A stretch of DNA of 64,000 bases, taken from positions 45,141 to 109,140 of IMG/VR virus record IMGVR_UViG_3300008108_002889; one strand, given 5' to 3'. The translations under genes and the position numbers were made by a program. Origin of the DNA: a virus. Below the pieces are notes generated by a model. It was not told where the DNA came from. It searched no databases and saw only the letters and a list, made by a program, of their open reading frames with translations. Shown piece by piece: positions 19,856-28,848 of this stretch (its first letter is position 1; the number at the start of each line of letters is the position of its first letter).

Positions 19856-20680
19856 TTAACGTGGTGCAAACTCTTGTTGCAGTTTAATATTATCAAAGAA
19901 CTCTTTCTTTGTATGAGGATCATCTTTAAATGTTCCTTTTAATACAGTAGTTTGAGTCAATGACGAGTGTGCCATAATGCCGCGGTTCTCGCAACAACCA
20001 TGCACAGCTTGTACATAGACTGCTACGTTCTCTGAGTCAGTAGCTTTACTAATCTCGCGGGCGATGTCGTTACAAAGTTCCTCCTGGAGAGTACCTCGTC
20101 TAGCACACCACTGTGCGATACGTGTATATTTCGATAAGCCAATAAGTTTATTAGCGGCAATAATACCAATATAGGCAACACCACTAACAGGCTGATGATG
20201 ATGACTACACATACTACGAAGCTCGCTACGTACAACCAGCATACCCTCATAGCGGTCTGCCGAATCGTTTGGAAATGCGGTTGCATCTGGTCCTGGTTCA
20301 TATCGTCCTGCCATTATTTCGTTGAAGTACATCTTGGCAAGTCTACGTGCTGTGCCTTTTGAATTAGGATCGTTTTCACGATCGATCAGCAATCGATCAA
20401 GCACTAGTTCAAATGCTTCGGTTGCTTCGTCAATGAGTTGATTTTTCTTTTCTTCGTCAACATAGTCACTGATATTGTCACCTGCCCAGAATCTCTTTTT
20501 ATCACGTTTCATCTTAAAGCGAAGTGTGTCTGCTAGATATGCTTCTTCGTAGCCCTTGTCGCTCATGTCCTCGCCGGCTTTAATATAGACTTTTTTGTCC
20601 AGTGGCAAATATTCGTCAGCTTTAAATTTTCGATCAATGGGTGTATTCATTACAGGATCTGGGGTAAAATCATTTGTCAA
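19856..20680 (-). CDS. folE: GTP cyclohydrolase I
   Basis: SMCSHHHQP, GLSKYTRI, LQEEL, HGCCENRG. Confidence 0.95.
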   Translation of the reverse strand: MTNDFTPDPVMNTPIDRKFKADEYLPLDKKVYIKAGEDMSDKGYEEAYLADTLRFKMKRDKKRFWAGDNISDYVDEEKKNQLIDEATEAFELVLDRLLIDRENDPNSKGTARRLAKMYFNEIMAGRYEPGPDATAFPNDSADRYEGMLVVRSELRSMCSHHHQPVSGVAYIGIIAANKLIGLSKYTRIAQWCARRGTLQEELCNDIAREISKATDSENVAVYVQAVHGCCENRGIMAHSSLTQTTVLKGTFKDDPHTKKEFFDNIKLQQEFAPR

Positions 20681-20732
20681 TTTATTGTTCTCCGAGTTAT
20701 TGTCGTGGATGACTATTGTACATTGTACACGA

Positions 20733-21548
20733 TTATTTAGGTTTTTGCAACCTCAAAAGATCGTTTTTCTTTACTGCTGCCTTCAAAGTATTTAGGTTTA
20801 CATTCTTTTTAGCGGCAAATTTAATAAGAGCTTCTGTGTCTTTGGGAAAACATGCTCCACCAAATCCAAATTGGCCATCTGGACCTGGTACAATCATATG
20901 GCTACCTCCTAGTCTAGAATCACTCATAAGGAGTATAGACAGTTTCCGCCAATCGAATCCTAAACTATCTGCTAATTCATACATTTCATTCATAAACACT
21001 ACTTTGGTAGCAAGAAATGAGTTTATTATGTATTTTGTTAGTGCAGCCTCGCCAATTGAAGTATATGCAGCCGCTTTAATTGGCTGTACAAATTTCAGTA
21101 TTCTTTCTGCTTCTCTTTGATAGGCCAATACAGATCCACCAATTATAACATATTCTTGTGTGAGAAAGTCGTGTAATGCATTAGCCGCAGTTAGGAATTC
21201 TGGAACATGTACTAGATTAGGATATATTTCTTGTGATCTTTGGTAAAAGTCTGGAGTAGCAGTAGTTTTACTGATAATAAGATTTTTATAATCTTTGAGC
21301 AGATATAATACTGAATTGAGTATGCTAGTATCACATTCTCCGCTGGGCTTACTAGGACTAGGAACACAGACAAACACAGCTTCACAGTCCATAAGATCTT
21401 GATATGTGCCAGTAGATTTGCTAGGGTCTGCATCTACGCAGATTATTTGCGCCATAGTATCGCTATAAGCTCGAGCAATAGCACCGCCTACATATCCTGC
21501 GCCTACAATACCAATTTTGGGACCAGGAAATAAAGTCATTGTAGTCAT
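20733..21548 (-). CDS. UDP-glucose/GDP-mannose dehydrogenase family protein lacking the C-terminal domain
   Basis: GAGYVG Rossmann motif, CVPSP, PEFL, K..N.FLATK, FGGACFPKD; only 271 aa. Confidence 0.85.
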   Translation of the reverse strand: MTTMTLFPGPKIGIVGAGYVGGAIARAYSDTMAQIICVDADPSKSTGTYQDLMDCEAVFVCVPSPSKPSGECDTSILNSVLYLLKDYKNLIISKTTATPDFYQRSQEIYPNLVHVPEFLTAANALHDFLTQEYVIIGGSVLAYQREAERILKFVQPIKAAAYTSIGEAALTKYIINSFLATKVVFMNEMYELADSLGFDWRKLSILLMSDSRLGGSHMIVPGPDGQFGFGGACFPKDTEALIKFAAKKNVNLNTLKAAVKKNDLLRLQKPK

Positions 21549-21811
21549 TGGTAGTGTCCCTTATTAAAATCCCAGTGACGACTGTCGTAAAAATTAAAAT
21601 CAAAACAGTAACTTAAAAAACCAATGTCAATGTTTAGTCCCGAATGATCTTGTCTAAATGTCCAATTAATATTAATAGATATTATACTATTATCCTTATA
21701 CAGTTGAAACTCAACAAATTTATGTGCGAATGGTGTGCTACGAGCACACCCCCACAAACGTTTAAAGTTTCTATTGAAAGGATTCCTAATATTCAGATTA
21801 ATATTGATCAT
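21545..21811 (-). CDS. Hypothetical protein
   Basis: Coupled ORF. Confidence 0.55.
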   Translation of the reverse strand: MININLNIRNPFNRNFKRLWGCARSTPFAHKFVEFQLYKDNSIISININWTFRQDHSGLNIDIGFLSYCFDFNFYDSRHWDFNKGHYQ

Positions 21812-21999
21812 GTTATTGGACCTGGTTGTACATTTTTAAATCGTTTCCTACAGGCATTTTTTACATCTTCTGGAATATCAGGATGCCATTCGGCCATTCC
21901 GCAATCGTAGATACGAACCCGTTCTTCCGGCATAGGAATAGCCGCTAGAACTACTATCCATATTACAGTAGCTATTAAAAAGCCAAGAAAAAATTTCAT
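21808..21999 (-). CDS. Small membrane-anchored protein
   Basis: Start re-called at MKFFLG; hydrophobic N-terminus, YDC..AEWHPD.P..VK.AC. Confidence 0.6.
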   Translation of the reverse strand: MKFFLGFLIATVIWIVVLAAIPMPEERVRIYDCGMAEWHPDIPEDVKNACRKRFKNVQPGPIT

Positions 22000-22583
22000 T
22001 TTAGCCAATACTCTTCCCAGGGATAGACCAGCCAGCAATCATCCTCTGCTTTGTTAACTTCCCAAACAGAATAATCTACTGTTTCATTGCTGGCTAGATT
22101 ATTAGTTAGTGTAGCAAATCTTACGTTATTACTCCAAACATGTTGCCAATCTGGATCTTCAGGCAAACAACTAGATTGCCAGTCCTTTTTAATCCATGCA
22201 ATAGTAGTGCCTTGATCATTAATATCATCTACAACAAGAATATTTTTATATCCCGTTGCTTCGGGCATTTCTAACAAACTTGATGCGGCATCTAAAACAG
22301 CCCCAATGTCGGTTTCATCTGCAATATGAATTTCTTGTCTGGGATATCCAAATGCATCTTCAGCCATACTGCAATCGCTAACACACTCGCCACCGTCTCG
22401 CAGACTAACCTGCAAAGGTTTCATTGGCACATTAATATAGTGACTCAATAATGTAGCAGGTATTAATCCGCCTCGACTAATACCTACTATATAATCTGGA
22501 CGCCAGTTGTCTTTAGATAGTTGTCGAGCAATGTCTAAACATGCTCCTTCTATCTGTGCCCAACTGTAATGTATTTTTTTCAT
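21996..22583 (-). CDS. Type I phosphoribosyltransferase (Gpt/Hpt-like)
   Basis: IVGISRGGLIPA, PRPP-binding ILVVDDINDQGTT, C-terminal VYPWE. Confidence 0.85.
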   Translation of the reverse strand: MKKIHYSWAQIEGACLDIARQLSKDNWRPDYIVGISRGGLIPATLLSHYINVPMKPLQVSLRDGGECVSDCSMAEDAFGYPRQEIHIADETDIGAVLDAASSLLEMPEATGYKNILVVDDINDQGTTIAWIKKDWQSSCLPEDPDWQHVWSNNVRFATLTNNLASNETVDYSVWEVNKAEDDCWLVYPWEEYWLK

Positions 22584-22975
22584 TTTTTAAGTTCTTCCCA
22601 CATTCTATATTTAGAAAGTGTATTAATGTAATCATCGTACTTTTGTTTAAGTAACGGATAATTTTTTTCAAGTATAACATCACGTTCAGGAATCTGCAAG
22701 ACTTTTTCGATTGTGTCTAACCGTTCTTCCAAGTCCCGTCCGTTAAGCACCATTTTACCTTTGACTTCTAGCGTAGCAGGGTCTCCGCTTACCTTCATTA
22801 CTCCGTCGCTTATGTTATAGTTAGGTGACACAGTAGCCCAATTAGTTGCTCCTGAACCGTTGGTAGTTAAAAACGGTCCTGCGGTAGTATTGGTAGTATA
22901 TCCGACTGTTAGTGGCGGTACAGCGCCGTAGCCTGGACTAACCGCGGAGTTTACGTTCTTGTAAATAGTCGCCAT
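22580..22975 (-). CDS. Hypothetical protein
   Basis: ORF in operon. Confidence 0.6.
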   Translation of the reverse strand: MATIYKNVNSAVSPGYGAVPPLTVGYTTNTTAGPFLTTNGSGATNWATVSPNYNISDGVMKVSGDPATLEVKGKMVLNGRDLEERLDTIEKVLQIPERDVILEKNYPLLKQKYDDYINTLSKYRMWEELKK

Positions 22976-23417
22976 TTGGAATCCATTTATTGTTTACGAG
23001 AAATCCCCATTCTCTTTTTTGCGGACCAGGCATAAACAAAGTCCAACAATCTACACTAGGGTCAAGCTCGATACGATGATAACTAGTAGCACCACATATA
23101 CGAAAACTTCCAGGCCCTCTCCATACACACATTTCGGCGATCTTGTTACCTCCACTGTCAAACTGTGGAAGCCATTCATAGTACCCTCCTTTAAGAATTA
23201 GAGTAGCGTAAGGCCATGGATGGTCATGCACATCATCGGGATCTGACTTAAGAAATTTGTGTAGAAACACGTTAAATGGAAACCATGTTCTGTCTTTAAG
23301 AAAAACATAGTACCGTTCAAGATACGGTTCTTCACTGACACGATCCATAATGATTCTTTTGCGATCATTACGTTCTAAAAATCTAAAGAATTTATTTTTT
23401 AGGAGTCGGATTATCAT
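22938..23417 (-). CDS. Cupin-fold metalloprotein
   Basis: HDHPW...ILKGGYYE...HRIEL. Confidence 0.7.
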   Translation of the reverse strand: MIIRLLKNKFFRFLERNDRKRIIMDRVSEEPYLERYYVFLKDRTWFPFNVFLHKFLKSDPDDVHDHPWPYATLILKGGYYEWLPQFDSGGNKIAEMCVWRGPGSFRICGATSYHRIELDPSVDCWTLFMPGPQKREWGFLVNNKWIPNGDYLQERKLRG

Positions 23418-23784
23418 AGTCGTCCTTTACTAGTTTATAGATAGTTTCAAAATTTCGTAATGCAATTTCTAAACTAGGATATTGTTTACACATATCTTTA
23501 ATTCTATCCCATTCTGGGAATTTATCTACCCATTCATTCTGTTCATTTGTCCAGATGTTAGTAAAACCGTCTGTTAAAGTTATTGTATCAGTGGTGTTAA
23601 TAGTATAAACAGAACCTGCACCACTACCTGTTAATGTAACAATGCCCCCACTGTAAGATGACATTGTATCACTGGGCAATGTAATAGTGACACTGTCTGT
23701 ATCTACACCAGTGCCACCGGCACTGATCATTACTTCGTTAAGTAAATCGTCTGTATAATTCTTTGGCTGAGAAGAATTGCTCAT
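23392..23784 (-). CDS. Hypothetical protein
   Basis: T/S/G-rich N-terminus, CKQYPSL C-terminus. Confidence 0.6.
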   Translation of the reverse strand: MSNSSQPKNYTDDLLNEVMISAGGTGVDTDSVTITLPSDTMSSYSGGIVTLTGSGAGSVYTINTTDTITLTDGFTNIWTNEQNEWVDKFPEWDRIKDMCKQYPSLEIALRNFETIYKLVKDDYDNPTPKK

Positions 23785-24808
23785 GTAAATCCCCCGTTTG
23801 TTTACGAAGCATAGGTAATCTAGTTTTATAATTATCCATATGGATCATAATAGCACGACAGAGATCCGGACGGTACACGGTGTATGCATCGTAGTTTTCT
23901 GTCCACTTGCTAGGATACTTAAATGTATCGTAATACATTTCTTTGTATGATAGTCTATCGGGCACCATAGGAATAGCATCAACGATAGCACCCTCGTAAC
24001 AGCTAATACCTAGTGTTTCTTGTAAGTTGGCACTGAACACTAACTTTGCTTCACCTAGTAAATTGTGATATTCATTTTTTGTCAGCTGTTGATCCTGACA
24101 AACTACGAATTCATATTGCGGCAAATGATGTTTTAAATCTCTAAAGATTTCTACTTGCTTCTCAGGTGCAATACGATGCGGGAACAAGATAAGATCTCTC
24201 TTGGGCATATTCTTATATGGAGTAAGTGTATCTTCCATATATTCCATAGGCCATCCTGTGCGTACAATTTTATTTTTATCGATATATGAAAGTTTTGCTG
24301 TGTCAAAATCTATGCTTAATAGATTGTGTGCAAACATATCAATATGGAAGTCAGTGGCAAAGTAGTTGTGATCAAATGCATGAAAGAAACTCTTCTCTGC
24401 ATTTCTAACCCAAGGCTTATCTCCAACAAGACGTCCTAGGAAGTCTTGAGGATCATAACTGCCAGCATGCCATAATCCATGAGTAACTACCGGAATACCC
24501 AACAGTTCACTCATGTATTTTAAGTTTATGATGCCAGGGTGCCAAGCATCAGTAAACAAAAAATGATCCCCTGGCTTAACTGATCCGGATGTAAATAAGC
24601 GACTAAATTCTTCAACTTGGCAAGACTTATAGATATTAGTGCCGCCAAAATTGAGAAAGGCACCAGGAGTAGTGGCACGAGGAACATCTTCAGGACCAGA
24701 GATAACTTGAATCTGATGTCCAGATTTTTTAAGAAGTTTAGGTACATGTTCTTTCCATTGCGCTGTGTAGCGAGTTTCAACAGCTTCTAAATCAACAATA
24801 TAGATCAT
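23738..24808 (-). CDS. GT-B (family 1/4-like) glycosyltransferase
   Basis: FPHRIAPEKQ, QETLGIS.YEG, P.RLSY.EM. Confidence 0.75.
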   Translation of the reverse strand: MIYIVDLEAVETRYTAQWKEHVPKLLKKSGHQIQVISGPEDVPRATTPGAFLNFGGTNIYKSCQVEEFSRLFTSGSVKPGDHFLFTDAWHPGIINLKYMSELLGIPVVTHGLWHAGSYDPQDFLGRLVGDKPWVRNAEKSFFHAFDHNYFATDFHIDMFAHNLLSIDFDTAKLSYIDKNKIVRTGWPMEYMEDTLTPYKNMPKRDLILFPHRIAPEKQVEIFRDLKHHLPQYEFVVCQDQQLTKNEYHNLLGEAKLVFSANLQETLGISCYEGAIVDAIPMVPDRLSYKEMYYDTFKYPSKWTENYDAYTVYRPDLCRAIMIHMDNYKTRLPMLRKQTGDLHEQFFSAKELYRRFT

Positions 24809-25080
24809 TGACGGTTAAAGTTTCTATTGTTGTTGTAATTGTTACCACCACTGCGATTGTATTCGCCACGTGGTTTGCGCTCACCGTTCCAGGGTTTCTT
24901 TGGACGAGTACTGTAGTAGTAGTTGTTCCAGATCTGACTATTCCTATTGTAGAGATTAGCCTCGTTAAAGTCGCACATTTCAAATTTACAGAAATTGTGG
25001 AACGCTTCTAGATCATCAAAGATCTTTACAATGTCAGGGCGGGTTTCAAAGTAAGAAACGTTTTTATAATTAATAGCCAT
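24805..25080 (-). CDS. Hypothetical protein with N/R-rich tail
   Basis: ORF with GAGG RBS. Confidence 0.65.
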   Translation of the reverse strand: MAINYKNVSYFETRPDIVKIFDDLEAFHNFCKFEMCDFNEANLYNRNSQIWNNYYYSTRPKKPWNGERKPRGEYNRSGGNNYNNNRNFNRQ

Positions 25081-25096
25081 GATAGCCTCTTTCTAG

Positions 25097-25486
25097 TTAG
25101 TACTTAATAAATGAACCATTTTCTCCGTCTTCGGAGACCTCAATCCAAATCTCACGACCTGGATACTTATTGGAAATGCTGTCGTATAAATCGCCTGACA
25201 TCATTTCGCAACTCTTGTAGTCTAGTTGGAGTGTACCTGAACTGTACAGATTTTCCAACCAGCGTTTAAACTGAATAAACTCAATATCACGATCATCGTG
25301 TGTAACACCAATCCACACTTTAAAGTGGAAGATGTGACGATGCGGATATCCTAGAAAACTTACATCATATTCATCACCTGTAGCAAGTGCTGGATCTGTA
25401 AGTGCGGCTGGATACTTGTGCATACCTTCTTTGCGGAAGGTGACCCAAATCATTTTGTTAGGACGAACGTCTTGCCGAATAATCAT
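25097..25486 (-). CDS. T-fold QueD/6-pyruvoyl-tetrahydropterin synthase-like protein
   Basis: H...HRHIFH metal-site pattern, SCEM, IEVSED C-terminus; context with folE/queE. Confidence 0.55.
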   Translation of the reverse strand: MIIRQDVRPNKMIWVTFRKEGMHKYPAALTDPALATGDEYDVSFLGYPHRHIFHFKVWIGVTHDDRDIEFIQFKRWLENLYSSGTLQLDYKSCEMMSGDLYDSISNKYPGREIWIEVSEDGENGSFIKY

Positions 25487-25686
25487 TTAATTAATGCCTC
25501 GGATACTAATTTAAGATCGGATTCTTCCATGAAGAATTCGTATGTTGATTCACTATCGACGTTACCATCTTTGTCTTTAGTTGCTTGAATAAAATGAACA
25601 GCAAACAAACCTTTAGGGTTAGCACACTCCCATTTTTTAATCCGAAGTTGAAATCCGGGACTATCTTTGACAATGATTTCTTTCAT
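25483..25686 (-). CDS. Hypothetical protein
   Basis: Coupled ORF. Confidence 0.6.
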   Translation of the reverse strand: MKEIIVKDSPGFQLRIKKWECANPKGLFAVHFIQATKDKDGNVDSESTYEFFMEESDLKLVSEALIK

Positions 25687-26201
25687 TTTAATACCTTGTC
25701 ATTTTTGTATTGTAACCAGTCTGTGAACTTACTGCGATCCATTAGTGTATGTAGACTGTGGGACCATACACCGGGATTAGTTGCCTTAAAATCTTTATCA
25801 TCGATTTTAAGCATTGTATTATAATTCCATAATTTAATATAGGGAATTGGCACACGAATTTGCGGAATAAAATTATCATACTCACAGTATCCGCTTTCGT
25901 GGAATTCTTCAACTTGACTCATAGGAATATCTAATGAGCAAAGATATTCTGCATCTAGAAAATGGAAAATCATCTCTTCCCATTCTTTGTGCTCAATAAA
26001 ATTACTAGGGTTAAAACTGTGATTAGCACCAAAGAAAATATGTTTAATATTTTGATTAGACAATGCACCTTCAATAGCATCAATTGGTTGAACACCTACT
26101 ACAAACAATGTGTTCATATTATATGCTGGGGTATGTTCTACTTCTTGTCCAAAGAAGAATACAGCATTGTCTAACTCTCCGTCTGTATAATCACGCTTCA
26201 T
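25683..26201 (-). CDS. Hypothetical protein in the deazaguanine cluster
   Basis: EVEHTP, HIFFGANHSF, KIDD.DF.ATNPGVW. Confidence 0.7.
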   Translation of the reverse strand: MKRDYTDGELDNAVFFFGQEVEHTPAYNMNTLFVVGVQPIDAIEGALSNQNIKHIFFGANHSFNPSNFIEHKEWEEMIFHFLDAEYLCSLDIPMSQVEEFHESGYCEYDNFIPQIRVPIPYIKLWNYNTMLKIDDKDFKATNPGVWSHSLHTLMDRSKFTDWLQYKNDKVLK

Positions 26202-26451
26202 TCTTTTCAGCCTTTGAGTTTTCGTACTGTTTCATAAGTCTTGTTACTGCTTCCATACGTTCTTGGAACACATCTGGAGCACCTTCTGCGGCACGAGTCA
26301 TATCCCAGTCACTTGGGTAATGACGCAACATAGCTCGTGCATGTTCTCTTATAATTTTTGGAACTCGTGGAGTGTGCTGTGGATTACAAAGATCCAACAA
26401 AAATCTTCTAGTTTGTACTACGGAACGATACCGTTCATCGGGCAATGTCAT
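26191..26451 (-). CDS. Hypothetical protein
   Basis: MTLPDERYR...PRVP...LRHYP. Confidence 0.65.
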   Translation of the reverse strand: MTLPDERYRSVVQTRRFLLDLCNPQHTPRVPKIIREHARAMLRHYPSDWDMTRAAEGAPDVFQERMEAVTRLMKQYENSKAEKNEA

Positions 26452-27898
26452 TCTTTTACCTGTGATTCTAGCTGGTTTAATTTTGATTCTTCCTCGTCAG
26501 TGAATTCATCACTGTGTTCAGATTGTACAGTCTCTGTATCTACTTCGTCAAAGAATTTGGTATAATTAGCCGACGAATTAGTCATTTTCTTACCAGTATT
26601 GCCCCGAGTACCAATAATGGTATCAAAATATCTTCGGAACTCTTCGATAATAGCCAACGCTTCACCTTTATTACTTGTGGCAAAAATGGCTTCGACTACA
26701 TCCTTAAAGAAGATTCGATCAAATTTTTCTTGAACTAACATACTAGGTATTTTACCAGAATCGTATTGACGATTGGCTTCTTGTACTGCATTAACGTGCA
26801 TCCAAACATTATAACCCATCATAATAGCATAGCTAAATGAATCCCAAGATGTCTTGCCTTCTTTGCCAATCTTATTTAGGTCGCCTGGTGCGTAGATACA
26901 AATATCCTTTATTTCAATTTGATCAATAATTGGGCTTGATTCAAATGCACTAAAAATTTTATCTTGTATTACTGCATCTTTGAAGAGTCTTGTGTCTTGG
27001 GCATATTTTTTGTCGTCTGCCGAAGCCTGCATACGGTAAACCCATTTCTTTCTGTCTTCTATCGTTGAATATCGGTTAATAAAGTTGCCCATTCTAATTT
27101 AGAAGTGCCCAGGAAGTGCATCCAATCCTGCTGACCCTTTTCAAGGAGTCCGTCGAATCGTAATTCCACTAGTCTACGTAGAACCAAGTGTACATCGCAC
27201 ATATTTTGTCCACCCATTGACCATCCGTTGAACGCACGATCGCCATAGATTTTAGTATCGCAGTACTTCTTCATACGATCGTACCAATCATCAGCATCTG
27301 GGTGATTTTCGCCTTGTAGAACATTAAGGAACTTGCAGTTACCATTACGATTGTTAATAAACCAATCATTATTAATATAAGTTCCCTGTACTGCTTCTGG
27401 GTAACTAGTAATTCCTGTTGCAGCCTTTCCTACAGGACTACGAGCAACCCATGCTGGAATATCCAGCACCATACCATAGTCCATTAGCGTGTCCATCCAA
27501 GTTAAAACTTGTTCACGTTTCTTTTGTGCTTTAGGACAGTTAGGATCTTTCCAATCAGCAGGCCAAACACCTTTACCAATCTGGAATCCACCTGAGTCAC
27601 CTAGCACCCAACTTGTAGCGCGATTACGATTGCGGAACATATCTTCGCTTTCGTCTTGCTTGTTAAGATCTAAATTAGCATGACCTGCTGAATACAAACA
27701 ATGGTCGTAGTAAAATTGACCTTTATCTGGGTCTAAATAGTTTAAACTCTCAACACCATTTTTAAACGATTTAGGAATACGAGCAGGGTCTACATAATTG
27801 CTGTATCTCTGCTTGCCTATAAATGTACTATAAAATCCTGACGTTGCTGGCAGGAAGTATGCATAGTCATTTTGAGTTGCTGTTAAATTTTTATTCAA
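26448..27898 (-). pseudogene. TGT/DpdA-like guanine transglycosylase, split by an apparent deletion and frameshift near 27060
   Basis: The 5' ORF has GDSGGFQ, LDIP, LQG and HFLG (TGT barrel motifs), then stops at TAG. The sequence continues in another frame (IEDRKKWVYRM...). Confidence 0.7.
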
Positions 27899-28070
27899 CT
27901 TTGCCCCACTTTATTTTTAACCAAACTCTTTCGTGGATATAATGAGCTACAGTGAGTATAACATGTATCAAAATAGCTGTAGATAATCCAGTAAACGGTA
28001 TAGTCATTATAGTCGCAATGATGCGCCAACCTACCGTCCTTGCCAGTGTTCTTGAATGTGTTTCACTCAT
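27891..28070 (-). CDS. DUF2061-like small membrane protein (59 aa), absent from ORF track
   Basis: MSETHSRTLARTVGWRIIAT...HYIHERVWLKIKWGKVE; TAATG coupling to upstream gene. Confidence 0.7.
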   Translation of the reverse strand: MSETHSRTLARTVGWRIIATIMTIPFTGLSTAILIHVILTVAHYIHERVWLKIKWGKVE

Positions 28071-28801
28071 TACTTGCTCTGTGCTGGCAGAATGTAGTTG
28101 TACTCTGCTAGACCGCTGTTAACAGTAATCTGCATTGCACCTGCGTCGGCAATACGCATAGTCTTGTCACCGTCAAGATTAAGAATGCTCATTACCTGTG
28201 TAACCGGCCATGCCCACGATTGTTTAAGTTTAGATTTAACATCTGCATGGAAAGTAAATGAACCTGCGTGTGTTGAAGCATCACCGAAGAAGAATACCAA
28301 GTTGCCGCCTTCTGTTTTAACTTGGAAAACAGTTTCTTCTGTATGTGCCTGCGCCTGTAGCTTAAGACGTTGAATACTAGTAACTGTAGGTTCAAACTCA
28401 ATATCCCAAGTAGCACCTTTGAACTTAACTGTCTTAAGCTTTTCATTGATAATTTCAGCGTTCATAAAGCGATAGTCGTTGACAAAGTCGCCTGACTGAT
28501 TTTCAAAGTGTAGACTTACTGGCACAGTTTTGCCATTGCGTTCTGCCTGCATAACTTCAATAGTGGCGTTATCTTTGTACTCGGGATTCTTAAGGTGTAG
28601 ATTAAGTTTGTCCAAGTTTGGCATACCAAACACTCCGTCGAACTCACCAATTACGGCATGTGTCTTTCCGTTAAGAATAACTGAACGGTCTTCTGCCATA
28701 GATTCAATTATTGTAGTATCATCTTCGCCTGTAATTTTAATCAGAGGAAGAATTCCTAGGCTGTGTGTATGTGCTACGATGTCTGTTAAAATGTCTTTCA
28801 T
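28070..28801 (-). CDS. Putative DNA polymerase sliding clamp (gp45/PCNA-like)
   Basis: 243 aa, predicted two-domain beta-rich, ends YILPAQ; directly downstream of polB; a clamp loader is in the window. Confidence 0.55.
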   Translation of the reverse strand: MKDILTDIVAHTHSLGILPLIKITGEDDTTIIESMAEDRSVILNGKTHAVIGEFDGVFGMPNLDKLNLHLKNPEYKDNATIEVMQAERNGKTVPVSLHFENQSGDFVNDYRFMNAEIINEKLKTVKFKGATWDIEFEPTVTSIQRLKLQAQAHTEETVFQVKTEGGNLVFFFGDASTHAGSFTFHADVKSKLKQSWAWPVTQVMSILNLDGDKTMRIADAGAMQITVNSGLAEYNYILPAQSK

Positions 28802-28819
28802 GATAGTTTCCTTTGTAAT

Positions 28820-28848
28820 AGTATATAGGTTTTTTTGTTAAAAGTCAA
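28820..28848 (-). promoter_or_regulatory. sigma70-type promoter embedded in the polB 3' end
   Basis: TTGACT-N17-TATACT. Confidence 0.6.

Noticed and set aside
27059-27061. TAG read-through / alternative genetic code
   Set aside because: Reading through TAG gives no TGT-like sequence, the continuation is in another frame, and other genes are intact under code 11.
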